From assembly GCF_964194155.1 (NCBI RefSeq), contig NW_027596099.1:2418001-2482000 (forward strand): a stretch of DNA of 64,000 bases. Reading direction: 5' to 3'. Each line of letters opens with the position of its first letter. Position 1 is the first letter of the stretch. The stretch is from Cetorhinus maximus. Lineage: Eukaryota. The position numbers and the translations under genes were made by a program. Positions 1 through 12,945 of this stretch are shown here, piece by piece. Below the pieces are notes generated by a model. The model saw only the letters and a list, made by a program, of their open reading frames with translations. It did not search any database and had not been told where the DNA came from.

Positions 1-20
1 CATCACTATACTAACGAGGA
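1..20 (-). tRNA. 5' end of a tRNA-Asp-like copy, cut by the window edge
   Basis: Reverse complement TCCTCGTTAGTATAGTGATG matches the vertebrate tRNA-Asp(GTC) 5' end TCCTCGTTAGTATAGTGGTG at 19/20. Its flank (21-500) is homologous to the flank of the copy at 35660-35731. Confidence 0.7.
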
Positions 21-914
21 GAGGCCTGCTCCTGCTTTCCAAGGGAGCGAATGAGTTTCCAATTTGCCGTGGGATTTTCAGTTTGAAGAAATGGTTACAC
101 AGTTTGACTGCACAATGCAGATATTTACCTTCCATCGGTTTAAACGGGAGGCATCTTCTTTCTGCAAAATCGCTACATGGCCACAGTTTTGCCCGTTGTA
201 CAGAAGCAAAGATGCTTCTTCCTCGGCTACTTCCTTCATTTTGTCACTCGCAAATTCTCGCAAAAAAATCACAAGGAATTCAAGTTGGCCAACTGCTTCA
301 GACGCCTATCTCCTGCAGCCAAACTCCCTGCTCTATTTCCTTAACCCACACAAACCAAGTCATAGTGTCGGATACAAAACATCACATGTAACCGGTAAGG
401 GAAGACGATTCTTTATTCATTTGCACTCATAAGCAAACTTGTCAGAAGCAACGTTTCCAAATCACGGGCTGTGGCTCTCTGGATTTTAAGTCCTTCTTGG
501 TCCCTCTTCAGAGATAAAGGATTAGTACAGCGGCAGGATCCATGTACGAAAGCGGCGCCATGCAAAATGGATAACAAACAGCTTGAGTTCTCATGGTCCG
601 CTTTCAGGACAGAAATAAAACAAGGCGCTCGATCGAAGGGTTAATAATTAAGAATTTCTTCAAACCTGCAGATGCAGAAGTGAGGACCAGCAGAGGGGGA
701 TGAGGTCAGGGGAGCAGAGGCTACGTGGGGAAAGGTTTTTTTGGTGCAGTGTATCCGAGACTATTGGATAGGATATCCACAAGGCTGTTTTCAGTTCAGA
801 CTGAATGTTAACTGCCTAAAGAGGAGTGCAGAAATGTGGTGAGTATAGCCTGCGTACGGTAGCATATGCAAACACGTCCGAAAAAAGTTTACAAACTAAC
901 GTTTTTAAGAAGTG

Positions 915-1000
915 CCGCACGGACCCGTACAGTAAACACTGTCTTTCTTCCCACAGATGCTTTCAGGCCCGCTGAGTTTTTCCAAAATTTGCTTTTCTAT
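915..1000. mobile_element. Short Penelope-type terminal fragment
   Basis: ctgtctttcttcccacagatgct...cgctgagtttttcca resembles the right arm of the inverted repeat at 52779-52867. Confidence 0.45.
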
Positions 1001-2034
1001 GAATATTGACCGGGTTTCTCGCCCAGGGGACATTTTTGACATCTGGGCATCTTACTTGGGAAAAAAACCTCTTACTTGGGAGGAACAAGCCATGGATGAC
1101 ACGGGCTGCTGGCAAAGCTGAAATCGAATACCTTATCTCACCTTTAAGCAGAGCGTGTTTTGAAGAGTTTATTGAGCGGTTTTCAAAATCCAGGCCCATT
1201 TGGCAGTCAGAACTTTAGTTGAAGTAGGGCGAGTTACCATGCGGCAATGATTTGATGCGTTGCTGACATAACCAGAGGATTCTTGGCGAAACTTTGTTTA
1301 TACTCATGATAATCTTGGCCTTTTGAGGCGACTGCATGCCATGTTGTTATTTCCTTCGGCTTGAATTTTTATGTGCTGAAGGGAAGTGTTCACATACTAT
1401 AAGTAATGTAGAAAAACAGGAATAACGTGAAAGAAGGGTAGAGTGGGTAATGGAAATTTGCCTGCCTTCAAATGTTCTTTCATTACTGTGTTTGCCAATT
1501 TGAAGCTCACCGAAACGCATTATGTACATTTCAGTTGGCACTCTGACCATCACAACCTTATTTCAGGCTTCAACAGCTTCGGGTTCAGGCGACGTGAAGC
1601 TGTGATCCTGCCTGGAACCTGTTGTCGTCAGTTCGCCCTGGATGCTCAGTTGTGGTCGGGATGTGAATTACGTTGACCTCATCGGTTATCGTAAAGTCTG
1701 GTATTACTTTCGCCGTTGTCGATTATAAAGCATGTTTTTTTTTAATAGATTGCCCTGGATAAACATTGGGATGCGCTATTTTGGGTAAACTTTGCGACGT
1801 TTACAAGATGGAAGCCGGCAGCATGATGGATTGAAGGGCCGTTGCCCACAGGGGATTATGATATCCAGATCTTTCCAGAATCTTTACTCATGATGTATAT
1901 TTGCCAAACTGCCTTCTGTCCCAATTGATGAGGAGGTGCTCTTTAGGTCGATCATCATGCGGTAATGAAAACCGATTTGCTAATCAAAAGCGTGCGCACG
2001 TCTTCTGCAGCGCACAATTCAAACAATGACTTTT

Positions 2035-2106
2035 CACCCCGTCTGTGAATTAAACCCCTGTCTCCCGTGCGGAGGGTGGGGACACGCACCACGATACTAA
2101 GGAAAA
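2035..2106 (-). pseudogene. tRNA-Asp pseudogene
   Basis: 72 nt. Reverse complement TTTTCCTTAGTATCGTGGTGCGTGTCCCCACCCTCCGCACGGGAGACAGGGGTTTAATTCACAGACGGGGTG is colinear with tRNA-Asp(GTC). Acceptor stem, anticodon loop and B-box are damaged. Confidence 0.8.
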
Positions 2107-2200
2107 CAGACCTGCCGCTGCATCCCACGGGAGTCAATGCGATTCCAAATTGCTGTTGGATTTCCATTTTCGAGCAACATTTACCCAGTTTGCCTGCACA

Positions 2201-2410
2201 GATCTGAATCTGAGAACAATAGATTAGGATGTTACAGCAACGGATCTGAATTTGAGAATAACAGAATGAAATGCTGCAACAATGTATTTGAATCTGAGAA
2301 CAATCGATTTGAATGTTGCACAACTGGATCTGAATCTGAGATCAATTGGTTCGAATGTTACCACAATGCAGTCGATCTGGGAACAATAGAGTGGAATGTT
2401 CAAACAAGGT
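2201..2410. repeat. 42-bp tandem repeat, about 5 copies
   Basis: Unit of the form GATCTGAATCTGAGAACAATAGATTAGGATGTTACAGCAACG recurs at 2201, 2243, 2285, 2327 and about 2369. Confidence 0.85.
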
Positions 2411-3249
2411 ACAGCGGATTATCTTACATTTTCAACGTTATTTCTGCAGATCATTAGTCAATAACTAAGCCAAACGGATCCATTTCGGACTAGTGCTTTA
2501 ATACATTTATTCGTTATCGTGGCTATTGTTTGTGCCCCAGTAAGAGACTCTACTCAGTGAGTAATTGTATGAACGATGTTTGACTCTCTCACCCTTGTAG
2601 CCATTTAATCTGCCCTGTTTTGTGTTTTTATTTCTGAATATCTGCATTCAGTTATTAACAGGACTCCCCATTCTTAACTTACTGATGATCTCGTTAGCTT
2701 ACTCTCCCATCATTGCTTTGGCGTACTTTCTGTTAAAACATTATATCCAGATCTAACACCTGAAATCAATGATTCATTGCATTACAGTCCGTGTTGCTCA
2801 AAATTGTGAAGATGGCGGACATTTTCCTCATTTCTGATCAATACGCTTTCCTGAACCGGTGTCTGGCCAATATCTGATGCTGAACCAGACAGGTCACAAC
2901 CTCTGCGATCTACTTGGCCATGATTGCCATGCACCTCCAGATCATCACACTCACCCAGCACTCGATCCCCAACATTATATCAGAACATCTACTCCGGATC
3001 ATCTGCTGCTCAGGGCCTCACCTGTCCTTTTGGGAAATCCAAGCTCAACTTTTCTAATTATTTTCCTGGCAACACACAATGACAAATCCGTATGATCAAA
3101 ACTTAACTAGAACTTTGCTGCCTATATCCGAACTCACACGAAACCTCATTCACCCATCCCCCTGGTGCTCACTGAGCTCTTTCGCTCTGGCAACAACTTA
3201 AATTGAAGCTCTATGTTGTTGTGATCAAATTCGTCCATGTCGTCACGAT

Positions 3250-5180
3250 TAAGAATATACGAACACAGAAGATTTGAGCAGACATAGGCTATTTGGCCCA
3301 TCGAGCCGTCCCCACCTTTCATTGAGTTCATGGATAATCTGTTTTTTTCGAGTTCAAAAATCCCATCCAAGCCCATAACCTTTGATTAATTTTATTGCAG
3401 GTAGTTGAAATGTCAGATAAACCTTGAGTCGAAACTAAAAAAAAACACACACAAATTCATAACCTCTGTCCTAAAAGGGCAAACCATTTTTTTTAAATAG
3501 ACGCCTCCTAATTCATGGCTCACCCAAAATATGAAAGATGGTTTCCCACCGCCTTGTACAAAGCTTTCAGGTTCGCATACACTTCAATTATTTCACCCCT
3601 CCCTCCCGTAAAATGCTGTGCCGGCAAGTCCGATCTTCCGGACCTTTCCTCACAAGACATTCCATTCATTCCAGGTGACAACCTAGTGAGCCTTCTCTGA
3701 AGCGCCTCCATGCATTCACGTCCTTCCATAAACATGAAAATCAAAACTACAAACAATATTCCAGACTTCAGAAATGATCTGTTTAACTGAAGAATAATAT
3801 CGTTATTTTTAATTTCAATTCCCCTTACAAATAATGCATAGTATTTCATTACCCTTCTGAACTAGAATGCTCTCCCTGCATGGCCACTTTTTCCAACTCA
3901 TGTACTTAAGCTGCCTGATTCCCCTTCAGTTCGGAATCCTGCAGCCTTTCTCAGGTTAAGTATTACCAGTTTTATTATCCTTGTCCCTGCTAAAGTGAAA
4001 ACGTCCCATTTTCCCAAATTACGCACCATCGTCTCTGCTATCTGCCAGCTAACCAATTTCTATCCATGCTAATAAGCTACCCCATAGGCCATGAGCATTT
4101 TTCATCTAAAATAAACTTTGATGCGGCATCTTATCAAATGCCTTCCGAGAATCCGAAATACAGCACATAAAAAGCACCCCTTTATCCACAACGCACGTTA
4201 ATCATTCATGAAACTCCAATTAAATGGTTAAACAAGATTTCACAATAGCATGTATTCTCTTCCTGATTATCTTGATTATCTCTAAGTTCCCAGCTATAAC
4301 CTCCTGCCTGATCGTTTCTAACACTGTCCCCATGGCAGATGTCAAGCTAACTGGCACGTAGTTTCCTGTTTTCCATATCCCTTCCTTCTTAAATAGTGAG
4401 GTTTTTTCGTGCTCCCAGTGGAATGGACCGTTTCCAGAAACTAGGGAATATTATAATTTTAACACCAGCGCATCTACTACGTCATTAATCACCAGTTCTA
4501 TGCTCTGAGGATGATGTTCCTGAGGACCCTGAGACGTGTCTGCCTGCAGCTCCATCAGTTTGTTCACGACCTCTTTCCTAGTGATTGCAATTTCATCTAG
4601 TTTCCCTCTCCCTTTCTTCTCTTGCTTTGCAGCTATTAGTGGAACATTTGTGTTACTGGTTTGCTGAATACAGAAGAAAAATATGTCTTCATTTCATCCT
4701 CCATTTCCTTATTGGATAATATGGACTCCATTTTTAAACTCAGAATTGGAATATCCCTCTCTTTACTTACTCTTTTCCTTTCGAAATTAGCTGTCGAAAC
4801 TGTTTTTGTACGTTTTACATCTCTAGCCTATTTCCCCTCATACTCTAAGTTCATATTCCTGGTAACGATTTAGTCATTCCTTGATGTTCATTTTAATCTG
4901 GGCAATCATCTGACCTGGCAGCAAATTTTTCACGGTCTATTGCTCATCAGCTCAATGCTTTCCCTAACATTTTTAGTTATCCGCGGATGGTGGGTCCTCC
5001 CTTAAGAATCTTCCTTTACTGCAGAGATATACTTATTCTGAGTATACTCAAATGCCTCATTAACTGTCAGCCAATGCTTTCCCCTAGCCTAATATCCCCG
5101 TTATATATCGGAGGCATTCTATGTATTATTCATCCATCCTTCTACTACCAACCTGATTTTTCCAGTTTAAATGTAAATTG
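3250..5180 (-). mobile_element. Decayed CR1 LINE (3' tail plus ORF2 RT region)
   Basis: The reverse complement of about 4110-4170 (gcggcatcttatcaaatgccttccgagaatcc) gives a degenerate LDFxKAFDKxPH RT motif. A CR1-type 3' tail lies at about 3250-3330. Many stops; boundaries approximate. Confidence 0.75.
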
Positions 5181-5889
5181 AATTCACCCATGATCCGTTC
5201 CTGGACCATAAACGGCCGACATTTCTTCTTGTGAATCTTGTCATAAATTGTAGTTACCCAAACAGATGTCGGGGACTTTTTTCTGAAACAACTGGTATCA
5301 TCTGACAGCTTCACTTCACCACCATGGATCCCGCATTCCTCACGTTTGCATGCGCCAGAGGCACCCATCACAGCTTCCACTTGGTTACTGTCATGTCATG
5401 AAAACCAGCAACAACAAAGAAATCATTAACATCGATATCCCGCAACATATGTAATTCTACAAGAGAAGCATAATTTTTCAAACTTGTGGAATACATTAGG
5501 ACCTTTGTTGAGCATTCCAACGACGTGCTTATTGCTCCCATATAGTCATTCCGCAGTGTCCCACGGCAACCGGCTGTGGGTGCTAAATGTCATCCCCTGC
5601 TGCTGTCTTACAGGTTCGAAAATAGGATGAATTGTGTTCCCCCCTCTCCCTGTGTAGTAGGATCGACAGAGACTGAATGCCTTCCGCCTCCTTGTCTGTA
5701 ACAAACACCAGGAAGACTGAATAGCCTTCTTCTATTTCTGCGAAACTGGATCGAGGCATTGAATACCTACTCCATTTCAATTCAAAAATACCCGACGCTC
5801 AGAATGACCTTATCATGTTCATGTGTAAAAGGCTAAAAGTGGCTGAATGGCTCTTTAAATCAATCTTAATGACTCGAGAGTAGAGACAA

Positions 5890-6200
5890 AGAATTATGTA
5901 TCTACCTTTGCTGATGATATAGACCTATGCAGAAAGGTTAGCTGAGGGGAGAACAGAGAGGTTGTAGAGAGATATAGAAAGATGAATTGAGCGTTCAGTA
6001 TGATGTTAGATGAAGTGTCATGTGTCGAAGTGTGAAGTCATTTACTTCTGCCCTAATATTATTGAAAGCAGAGTATAACATTTAAAAAGTGTGAAACACG
6101 AGGACTTGCGTTTAAAGAAATCTATTAAGAGGGCAGATGACACGTTGACATTATTTGAAAGAGGATTGGAATACAGGAGTAAATAAGTATATACATTGTT
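5890..6200 (+). mobile_element. CR1 RT fragment
   Basis: tttgctgatgat (FADD) at about 5907, followed by degenerate LQRDID and KCEVIHF-type sequence. Confidence 0.6.
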
Positions 6201-6489
6201 TACAATTAGGGAAAAAGTTAGATTTGAATATAGGGCTTCGCGGCTTGAGCAGCCCAATCAGCACTTCTATCCTGCTCCACTATTCATTAAGGTCATAACT
6301 GACCTGCAAGCTCTCTGTACACCAACTTCCGACATGGTCCATAACCCATAATCCCCTGCTCTGCTAAAAATCTTTCCAACTCTACAATGAATAAATTCCA
6401 TGACATTGCATTCATTGTTTACTAACAAATTGCCACATATTGACGAAAAGTTGGAAAAATACTCACCTCATTAACATGTCTATATTTTA

Positions 6490-8030
6490 TTATTCTTTTA
6501 CTGGATGTTGGCATCGCTGTCTAGGCAGCCATTTACTGCCCGTCCTAAATACCCTTGAGAATGTGGTGGGGAGCTACATTCTTGAGCCTTGGCTGTGCAT
6601 GTTGTGCAGATAAACCCACAGTTCAGTTAGGGAGGTAGCTCCGGGGTCTGACCCAGTGACAATGAAGGAACGGTTATATTCCCAAGCTAGGATGATGAGT
6701 GGCGGGGAGGAAAACTTGCAAGTGCTGGTGTTCCCATGAACCCGCTGTTCTTGTCCTTCTAGACGGCAGCTGTTCTGGATTTGGGATGTACTAGCTAAGG
6801 TAAAGTGGTGTGTTCCTGAGGAAGATATCGTAGCTGGTGTGCACTGCCATCACTGTTTGTCGGTGGTGGTGGGAGCGCACGTTTATTGAAGGGCTGCCAA
6901 TCATGCTTTGTGGAGGATGGTTTTGAGGTTCCTGAGGGCTGTTGGAGCAGCATTCATCCGGGAACTCCTGAATTGTGCATTGTAGGTGGTGGCCAAGCAT
7001 TGGAGAGGCAGGTCGTGAGTTACTCGCCCCAGATTTCCTAGCCCCTGGCCTGCTCTTATAGCCACAGTATTTGTATGGCTGGGCCAGTTCAGTTACTGAT
7101 CAACGGTTGTTCTTAGGATGATGATAGCGGGGGTTTCGGAAATCATAATATCATTGAATGCCAAGGGACGATGGTAAGATTATTTTTTGGATATAAAAAA
7201 TGCTTAGTGCTTATGTGGCGTGAACGTTACTTGACACTTCTCTCCCCAAGCCTGGATAATGTCCAGATATTCCCATATTTGGGCATGGACGGCGCAGTAT
7301 TTGAGGAGTTGCAAATGTTCTGTCCATTGAGCAATCGTCATCGAACATTCCCACTTCTGAGCTTATGGTGGAAGAAAGGTGATAGATGAAGCAGCTGAAG
7401 GTGCTGAGGACTAGGCCCAATCCTGAGCATCTCCTGCAGTGACATCCTTGAACTGAGATGAATGACCTGCAACTACCACAACCATATTCATTTGTGTCAG
7501 ATAAGACTCCATCCCACGGGGAGCTTTCCCGTTGATTCGCATTGACTCCAGTTACTTGCGGGCGCCTTGATACCACATGGGATCACATGCTGCCTTGAAA
7601 TTAAGTGTGGTCACTGTCACGTCACATCTGGAGTTCAGCTCTTATCCCCATGTTTGGACCATGGCTGTGATGCTATTGGGAACAGATTGAACCTTGTGGA
7701 ATCCAAACTGAGCCTCAGTGAGCAGAGTACTGCTGATCAGATGCCGCTTGATGAACCCTTCCATTTCTTTCCTGATGATGAAATGTTGGCTGATGTGACT
7801 GTTAATGAACGGGTTGGGTATGTGTTGCGTGTTTGTGTATCACGTCCCTGGGCGATTGTTCACATATTTGCGTAGATGCCAGTGTTGAATCTGTACTGGA
7901 GCAGCATGGGTATGGCACAGGGCACTATCAGGTGCACAAGCCTTCAGTACAATTGCCGGAATATTCTCGGTGCCCATCGTCTTGCATTATCCAGATGTTC
8001 AGCGGCTTCCATCTTTCGCATCATTGAGAG
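6490..8030 (-). mobile_element. Decayed CR1 LINE
   Basis: 3' UTR-like ggcatcgctg...tttactgcccgtcctaaatacccttgaga at about 6510, with degenerate ORF2 upstream. Same family as 10450-11370 and 57150-58510. Confidence 0.7.
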
Positions 8031-8995
8031 ACTCAGACAGGCTTTGCCAACTTTTATCTTGAATCAGCAGAAAATAAATCAAATCCTACCTTCGATTCAC
8101 ATCTTCAGAAGTCAGCTCAACCTAACGAAGCACAAGGAATATCTCATCTTCATCAGTCAGGCCAGGGGTACTGACAAGATTAAGCACAAGGTGTATTGCA
8201 GCCTTTACCTTAACAATAAGGTTTATTAACTTCAGGTGCGACGCCATCATCGAAACTAGCTCATTTTGAATACGAGGTCCAAGAAAATGGTCAGGCGTGT
8301 ATTAGTATTTTACGCATGGGACATAACCTTGCATTATGGGGTCGAATTTAGCTCTAATGTCAATTAATCCAAGAAAGGATTCACTTTTCTGTTCATAAAG
8401 TCTTGCATGTGTTCAACGGAATTCTGAGTTATGTTCGACTAAGAGCTGAACGGCTGCTAAAATGCCTGTCAACTTTGGTTGTCAATTTTTTTCACCTTTG
8501 TTGATAATTCGATGACATTGCAGTCTTTCATTGAGATGATTCCAGGCACTGCAACATTCTTTTCATAATTTGCGTGCGGTTTCTGAGACATACAATTTGC
8601 AGCAGAATCAAAAAGCCGCATCAGCGATTTTCCATGTGCACCAGGCAATTTGTTTCAATTCTGTCTCCGTTTGGCATTTCCCGTGAGCTTAAGTCTCCTG
8701 AAAGGTTTCGCTCTCATCAGCGTTTGGAAAGACATAGGCACTGCTCATTTATTTCACAGGCCGCCTCCTCTCTGTAATGTCTATCGTCTTCTTGTTGAAT
8801 AAATCTGGCCAATTTGCTGGACCATATATTACTTCTTCAGTGGAAGCGCGTCGGAAGAATTCGCTATTTCATTAACTTGTGTATGTTTTGCACTAATGTC
8901 CTCTTCCTCGGCCTCGGTGGTACATTCGCTGGAGTGCATTAATTCAATATTTTGCAGATTTGCCGATAAACGTTTCAAAGCCTTCTAGGTTTCCA
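8030..8995 (-). mobile_element. Fossil hAT-superfamily transposase (ZMYM1-like / TTF zinc-finger type)
   Basis: Manual minus-strand translation across stops and frameshifts: PANWPD..., MPNGDRIETNCLV, AAF*FCCKLY, WNHLNERL, LAAVQLLVEHNSEFR*, LYEQKSESFLGLIDIRAKFDPIM, HFLGPRIQNELVSMMA, VKAAIHLVLNLVSTPG, FLLIQDKSWQSL. These are colinear with the hAT motifs FCFCCKLF, LAFRG, NGNFLGLIE..KFDP, YLS..IQNELI and FS.ILD.TPD. Confidence 0.85.
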
Positions 8996-9329
8996 TAGAA
9001 CATTTCAGGATCTTACCATTCACTTGTTTCTTTTCCGTCCTTTCTCCGCACCCGAGCAATATTTCCCCCATTTTCCCTGTCTCTGCTCGTGCTAGCCATT
9101 GAATCCTAAAGACGAATAGGGCCGCTCCTTTGAGTCACTGAACAGACACCTTCAAACTTACTCAGATAGGAAAGGTCGCCCGCATTCACCCGTCACCGCA
9201 GCGCACTCCATATCCCGACCTCAAAGCGCGGTGCCATGCGCGGTGGCGGCAATTATCTATAACCGAGGCACGGCTCTGTCTGCCACACTCTAACATCGAA
9301 GCACAAGGACCTTGGTCCCTCCATCCTAT

Positions 9330-9900
9330 CATATTATTTAGGACAGGGACATTCCGTCTCTATTTCCCCTCACTATCCCTACTGCCAAATTGTGTTATTT
9401 TACTTTGCAATACATTAAATTGCATCTGCTAATCACCTGCCTATTCTGCTCGTCTCTCCATGTCCTATTGCGACGGATTCGTATCATCTTCACTGCGTAA
9501 CTCCCACCCCGCCATGTGTGCATCACTAGCACTTGTGGATACGTTGTGCTTTATTCCAAGATCCAACTGGTTTATATCGAGCAAAAATATAACAAACCCA
9601 GATTCGTGGGGAACACCACTAGCAACCATCATCCAGACTGAAACAAAACGATTACAAACAGTATTTGTTTTATTTGCATTACCGAATTGCATGTAGTTGG
9701 AAAACGACCCCTCCTCCACCCACATCCCGCGCCTCTGTCCTCTTTAATGAGCCTAAATGTTCTTAAGCATCCTTATATGCGATAAGTTGTCAATTAATAT
9801 CTCAAAATGCAGTTCGCCATGCATTCTCTTCATTCAACTTCTCTGTTGTGATATCAAAATGCAACTAGTTGGTACAAGCATGTCCTTATTTTAAGGCGTG
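9330..9900 (-). mobile_element. Old CR1-like RT fragment
   Basis: The minus ORF 9465-9725 contains ASGVPHESGFVIFLLDINQLD...ASDAH, a decayed SGVPQGSVLGP.LF.IYINDLD...FADD. Confidence 0.65.
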
Positions 9901-10009
9901 ATGTTACAAACCAGTGATCATTCTTAATTAAACTCAACAGTCTCCAATTCCTGGATAGACTCTTGGCAGTCAGGGCAGGTTTAATTACTCTTTTAGTGCT
10001 GCAGCTGAA

Positions 10010-10400
10010 CAGTGAGAGCAGAGATTTCACGAGAGAGCAGGGAGCTGAGCACGAACAGGTGATATTTTTTAAAAGAAGGGGATTTGAGGCGCCAGGGTAG
10101 AAAGGTAAAAAGAGCGGGCGCCGAGCTGCCAGAGGAGAGATTCAAAAAGAGCTACAGCGAGATGTTCAAAGCACAGAATAGAAAGTGGCTGCTCCCCCAT
10201 AACAGAGTTAAAAATCGTGGGAGCTATGTAATCAAAACTCAGATTGGAAAGTAAAAGGCGCTCTTCTGCCAGAGCAGAGATTTATAAAAGTGCAGGAACT
10301 AAATAGCTAGAGCATAGTTTTATAAGAAGCAGGTGGAATTATCTAGGATAGTGATTTAATTATAGTAACAGAGCTGTCAGACTGGAGAAATGGGAAGCGC
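10010..10400. repeat. Degenerate purine-rich ~40-bp tandem repeat
   Basis: Recurring cagagcagagattt..aaaaga..gg(g)agct motifs. Similar units resume at about 11390-11530, after the CR1. Confidence 0.5.
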
Positions 10401-10449
10401 AGTAGATGTGTAGACACGGAGACAGTGATAAATTATTAATATTCATTAA

Positions 10450-11370
10450 GGGGGTTTTGGCGTCAATCACTCGCACAGCATTTATTGCGCAGACGTAGGT
10501 ACACTTGAGAAGATGGTGGTGAGCTGCCTTCTTGAATCGCAGCAGGTAACCCTACACACATGGTGCTCATACGGAGGGTGTTCCTGGAATTTGACACAAC
10601 GACACTGAATGAACAGGGATATCTTTTCTAATCAGGCTGGTGAGTAGCTTGGAGTGGAACTTCCAGATCGTTGTGTTGCATTGCAACTGCTGCCCATTAT
10701 CCTTCTAGATTGTTGCGGTCGTGGGTTTGGACTGTAATGTCTAAGGTGACTTCGAGAATTCCTGCAGTGCACCTTGCAGATAGTACACACTGCTGCTATT
10801 GTTCGTCGGTGGTGGAGGGCAGCAACGTTTATTGACGGCTGATTTGTCCCAGATGTTATCATGCTTCCTGACTGCTATTGGAGCTGCACGCACCCAAGCA
10901 AGTGGAGAGTACACCATCAGAATCTTATCTTGTGCCTAGTGGATGGTGGAAAGGAATTGGGGAGTCAGGCGGTGTGTTACTCTCCGCAGGATTCCTTGCC
11001 TCTGAACTGCAGTTGTAGACGTTGTGTTTATATGACCAATCCAGTTCTGTTTCTGGTCAATGCTGATAGTGCGACTTTCGGCGAGGGTAATGCCATTGAA
11101 TGTTAACGGGTTATTGTTTGATTTTCTCTTTTGAAGATAGTCATTGCCTGGTACTTGTATGGTGTGAATGCCCTTTGCCACTTGTCAGCCAACGCCTGAA
11201 AATGCTACATTTGGCCATGGACAACCTCATTACCTCAGGCGTCACGAATTGTGTTGAACATTGCGCAGTCATCAGCGAACATCCTTATTTCCTACCTTAA
11301 GATGGAGAGAAGGGCCATGAGGCGGGAGATAAACATCGTTGAGCCTCGGACACTACCCTGAGGAAGTCAG
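10450..11370 (-). mobile_element. CR1 LINE 3' portion (duplicate at 36420-37370)
   Basis: Minus-strand peptides LHHRRTIAAVCTICKVHC and GILRRVTHRLTPQFLSTI are typical of the CR1 ORF2 C-terminus. Confidence 0.8.
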
Positions 11371-12756
11371 GTTCCCTCAGGAACTAAAAGGGCTGCGGGC
11401 TGAGCAGTCGGGGTGTATATTTAGAAAGTGCAGGCACCGAAAAACCAGTGCAAACAGTTAGAAAAGAGTGCGAGCTGAGCCGGCTGTGTGGGCATTTAGT
11501 AATTCAAGCCCTAAGCAGCCAGTGCGAAGACGCTCGTAAATCCTGCAAAAGACGGATCACGTATGCTTTGCTGTAAGAGTAATTAAAGATTGGCAATAAT
11601 TATTTTTCTTGTCAGCTATGCCCCTCATGCCATGACCGAACCTGTCTTGTTTTTAATGATAATTTATTCAAGGACAGCGGTTGTAATTTTCTATTTAATG
11701 CCACTTTAATTGGCAGTTGTTCTGGCCAAACATTTTACTGGGTGATTGGGGTGGTTAATTAGGAATCGTCAAGACGATTTTGGATTAATACCTGAGAAAA
11801 GCGAATGACCCAGAAAACAGAGAGAAGCCGGAGGAGTGGCTGCCGGCTGCAACTTCCTTCAAAGTGACAATAAGGAAAGGACGGGTCCAGTGGTCTGCTT
11901 CTGTGCTGTAGGCCGTCTATGGTTGCATTCTACGAACGGCATTTAAGTTAAGTAAATTATAAGAATATGCGACGAGAGGAATTACATTATATTTTTTCAC
12001 GTTCAATACGCGTAGGTACACAAAGAAGGAAGTTGATGGTAGGGCCATGTGTGATCAGAAGTTTCTTGGCTGGGAATTCGTGCTGATACCGAGTTGAAGC
12101 GTCACTCGCTATATTGATGAGTGGATATCAAGTTAAACATGTTAAAACAATCGGGAATTATGATAACAGCCATTTGGTGGCTGTGTGTGTGGAAGGACCA
12201 AATAACATGAAAGAGAGAGTGTTGTGAATGAGCATGTAGAGAGGAGGTAGCCCCATTAATCGTGAAAAAAATTAAGATGAGCTAGTTGCGCTTTCAAATG
12301 AATCGTTGGGAAATCGGATTTAAAAGTTCTCAATCCAATATATGGAGTCGTCGCTCAGCCCTATGGATCGTGGGACTGAGTGATCAATTGCGCCAATACC
12401 CGTCCTTTCACAAAACACGTGATGTCCAGGCCTTCCTTGTTTTAAACATGTGAGGTATATGGAACTCTGAGAAGCAGCTCATTGTGCAACTGTCCGATAA
12501 TTGGAGGGTGCCAGACTTCATGAAACGTGTACTGAAAATTCCCACTATGTATTATTTGGCCCAGAAGAGCCGTTATAGGAAATTTGTGACGTTTGTCTAT
12601 GCTACATTTGTCGAGTTATAGTGATCCAGCTGGTAATGTTTGGGGTGTTCTCTGCTTGATCAGAACAACTGTTCCAATGAACACCAGGCTGTCAGAACCT
12701 GGCATCACAATTCATCATTTCAAACGCTGCAACGCTAGCAGGGGCCGTTCAGTATT

Positions 12757-12762
12757 TTTATT
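12757..12762 (-). terminator. Candidate poly(A) signal for GPCR copy A
   Basis: AATAAA on the minus strand about 185 nt past the stop codon. Conserved in copy B at 38757-38762. Confidence 0.45.
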
Positions 12763-12945
12763 ATCATTTGTATTATTATTATCAGAACTTACAATTCAAC
12801 ATTGATTACAGTATACTGTGAAAGGGAGTTCAATTTCACATTATATTATAAAAGAGCATTTTTAGTAGGGATATCATTTTATCCAGAGTGCTAAAACATT
12901 GTTACAAGCATTTTGCTAACATGAGTTTATGTCCTCCTGTAAAGG

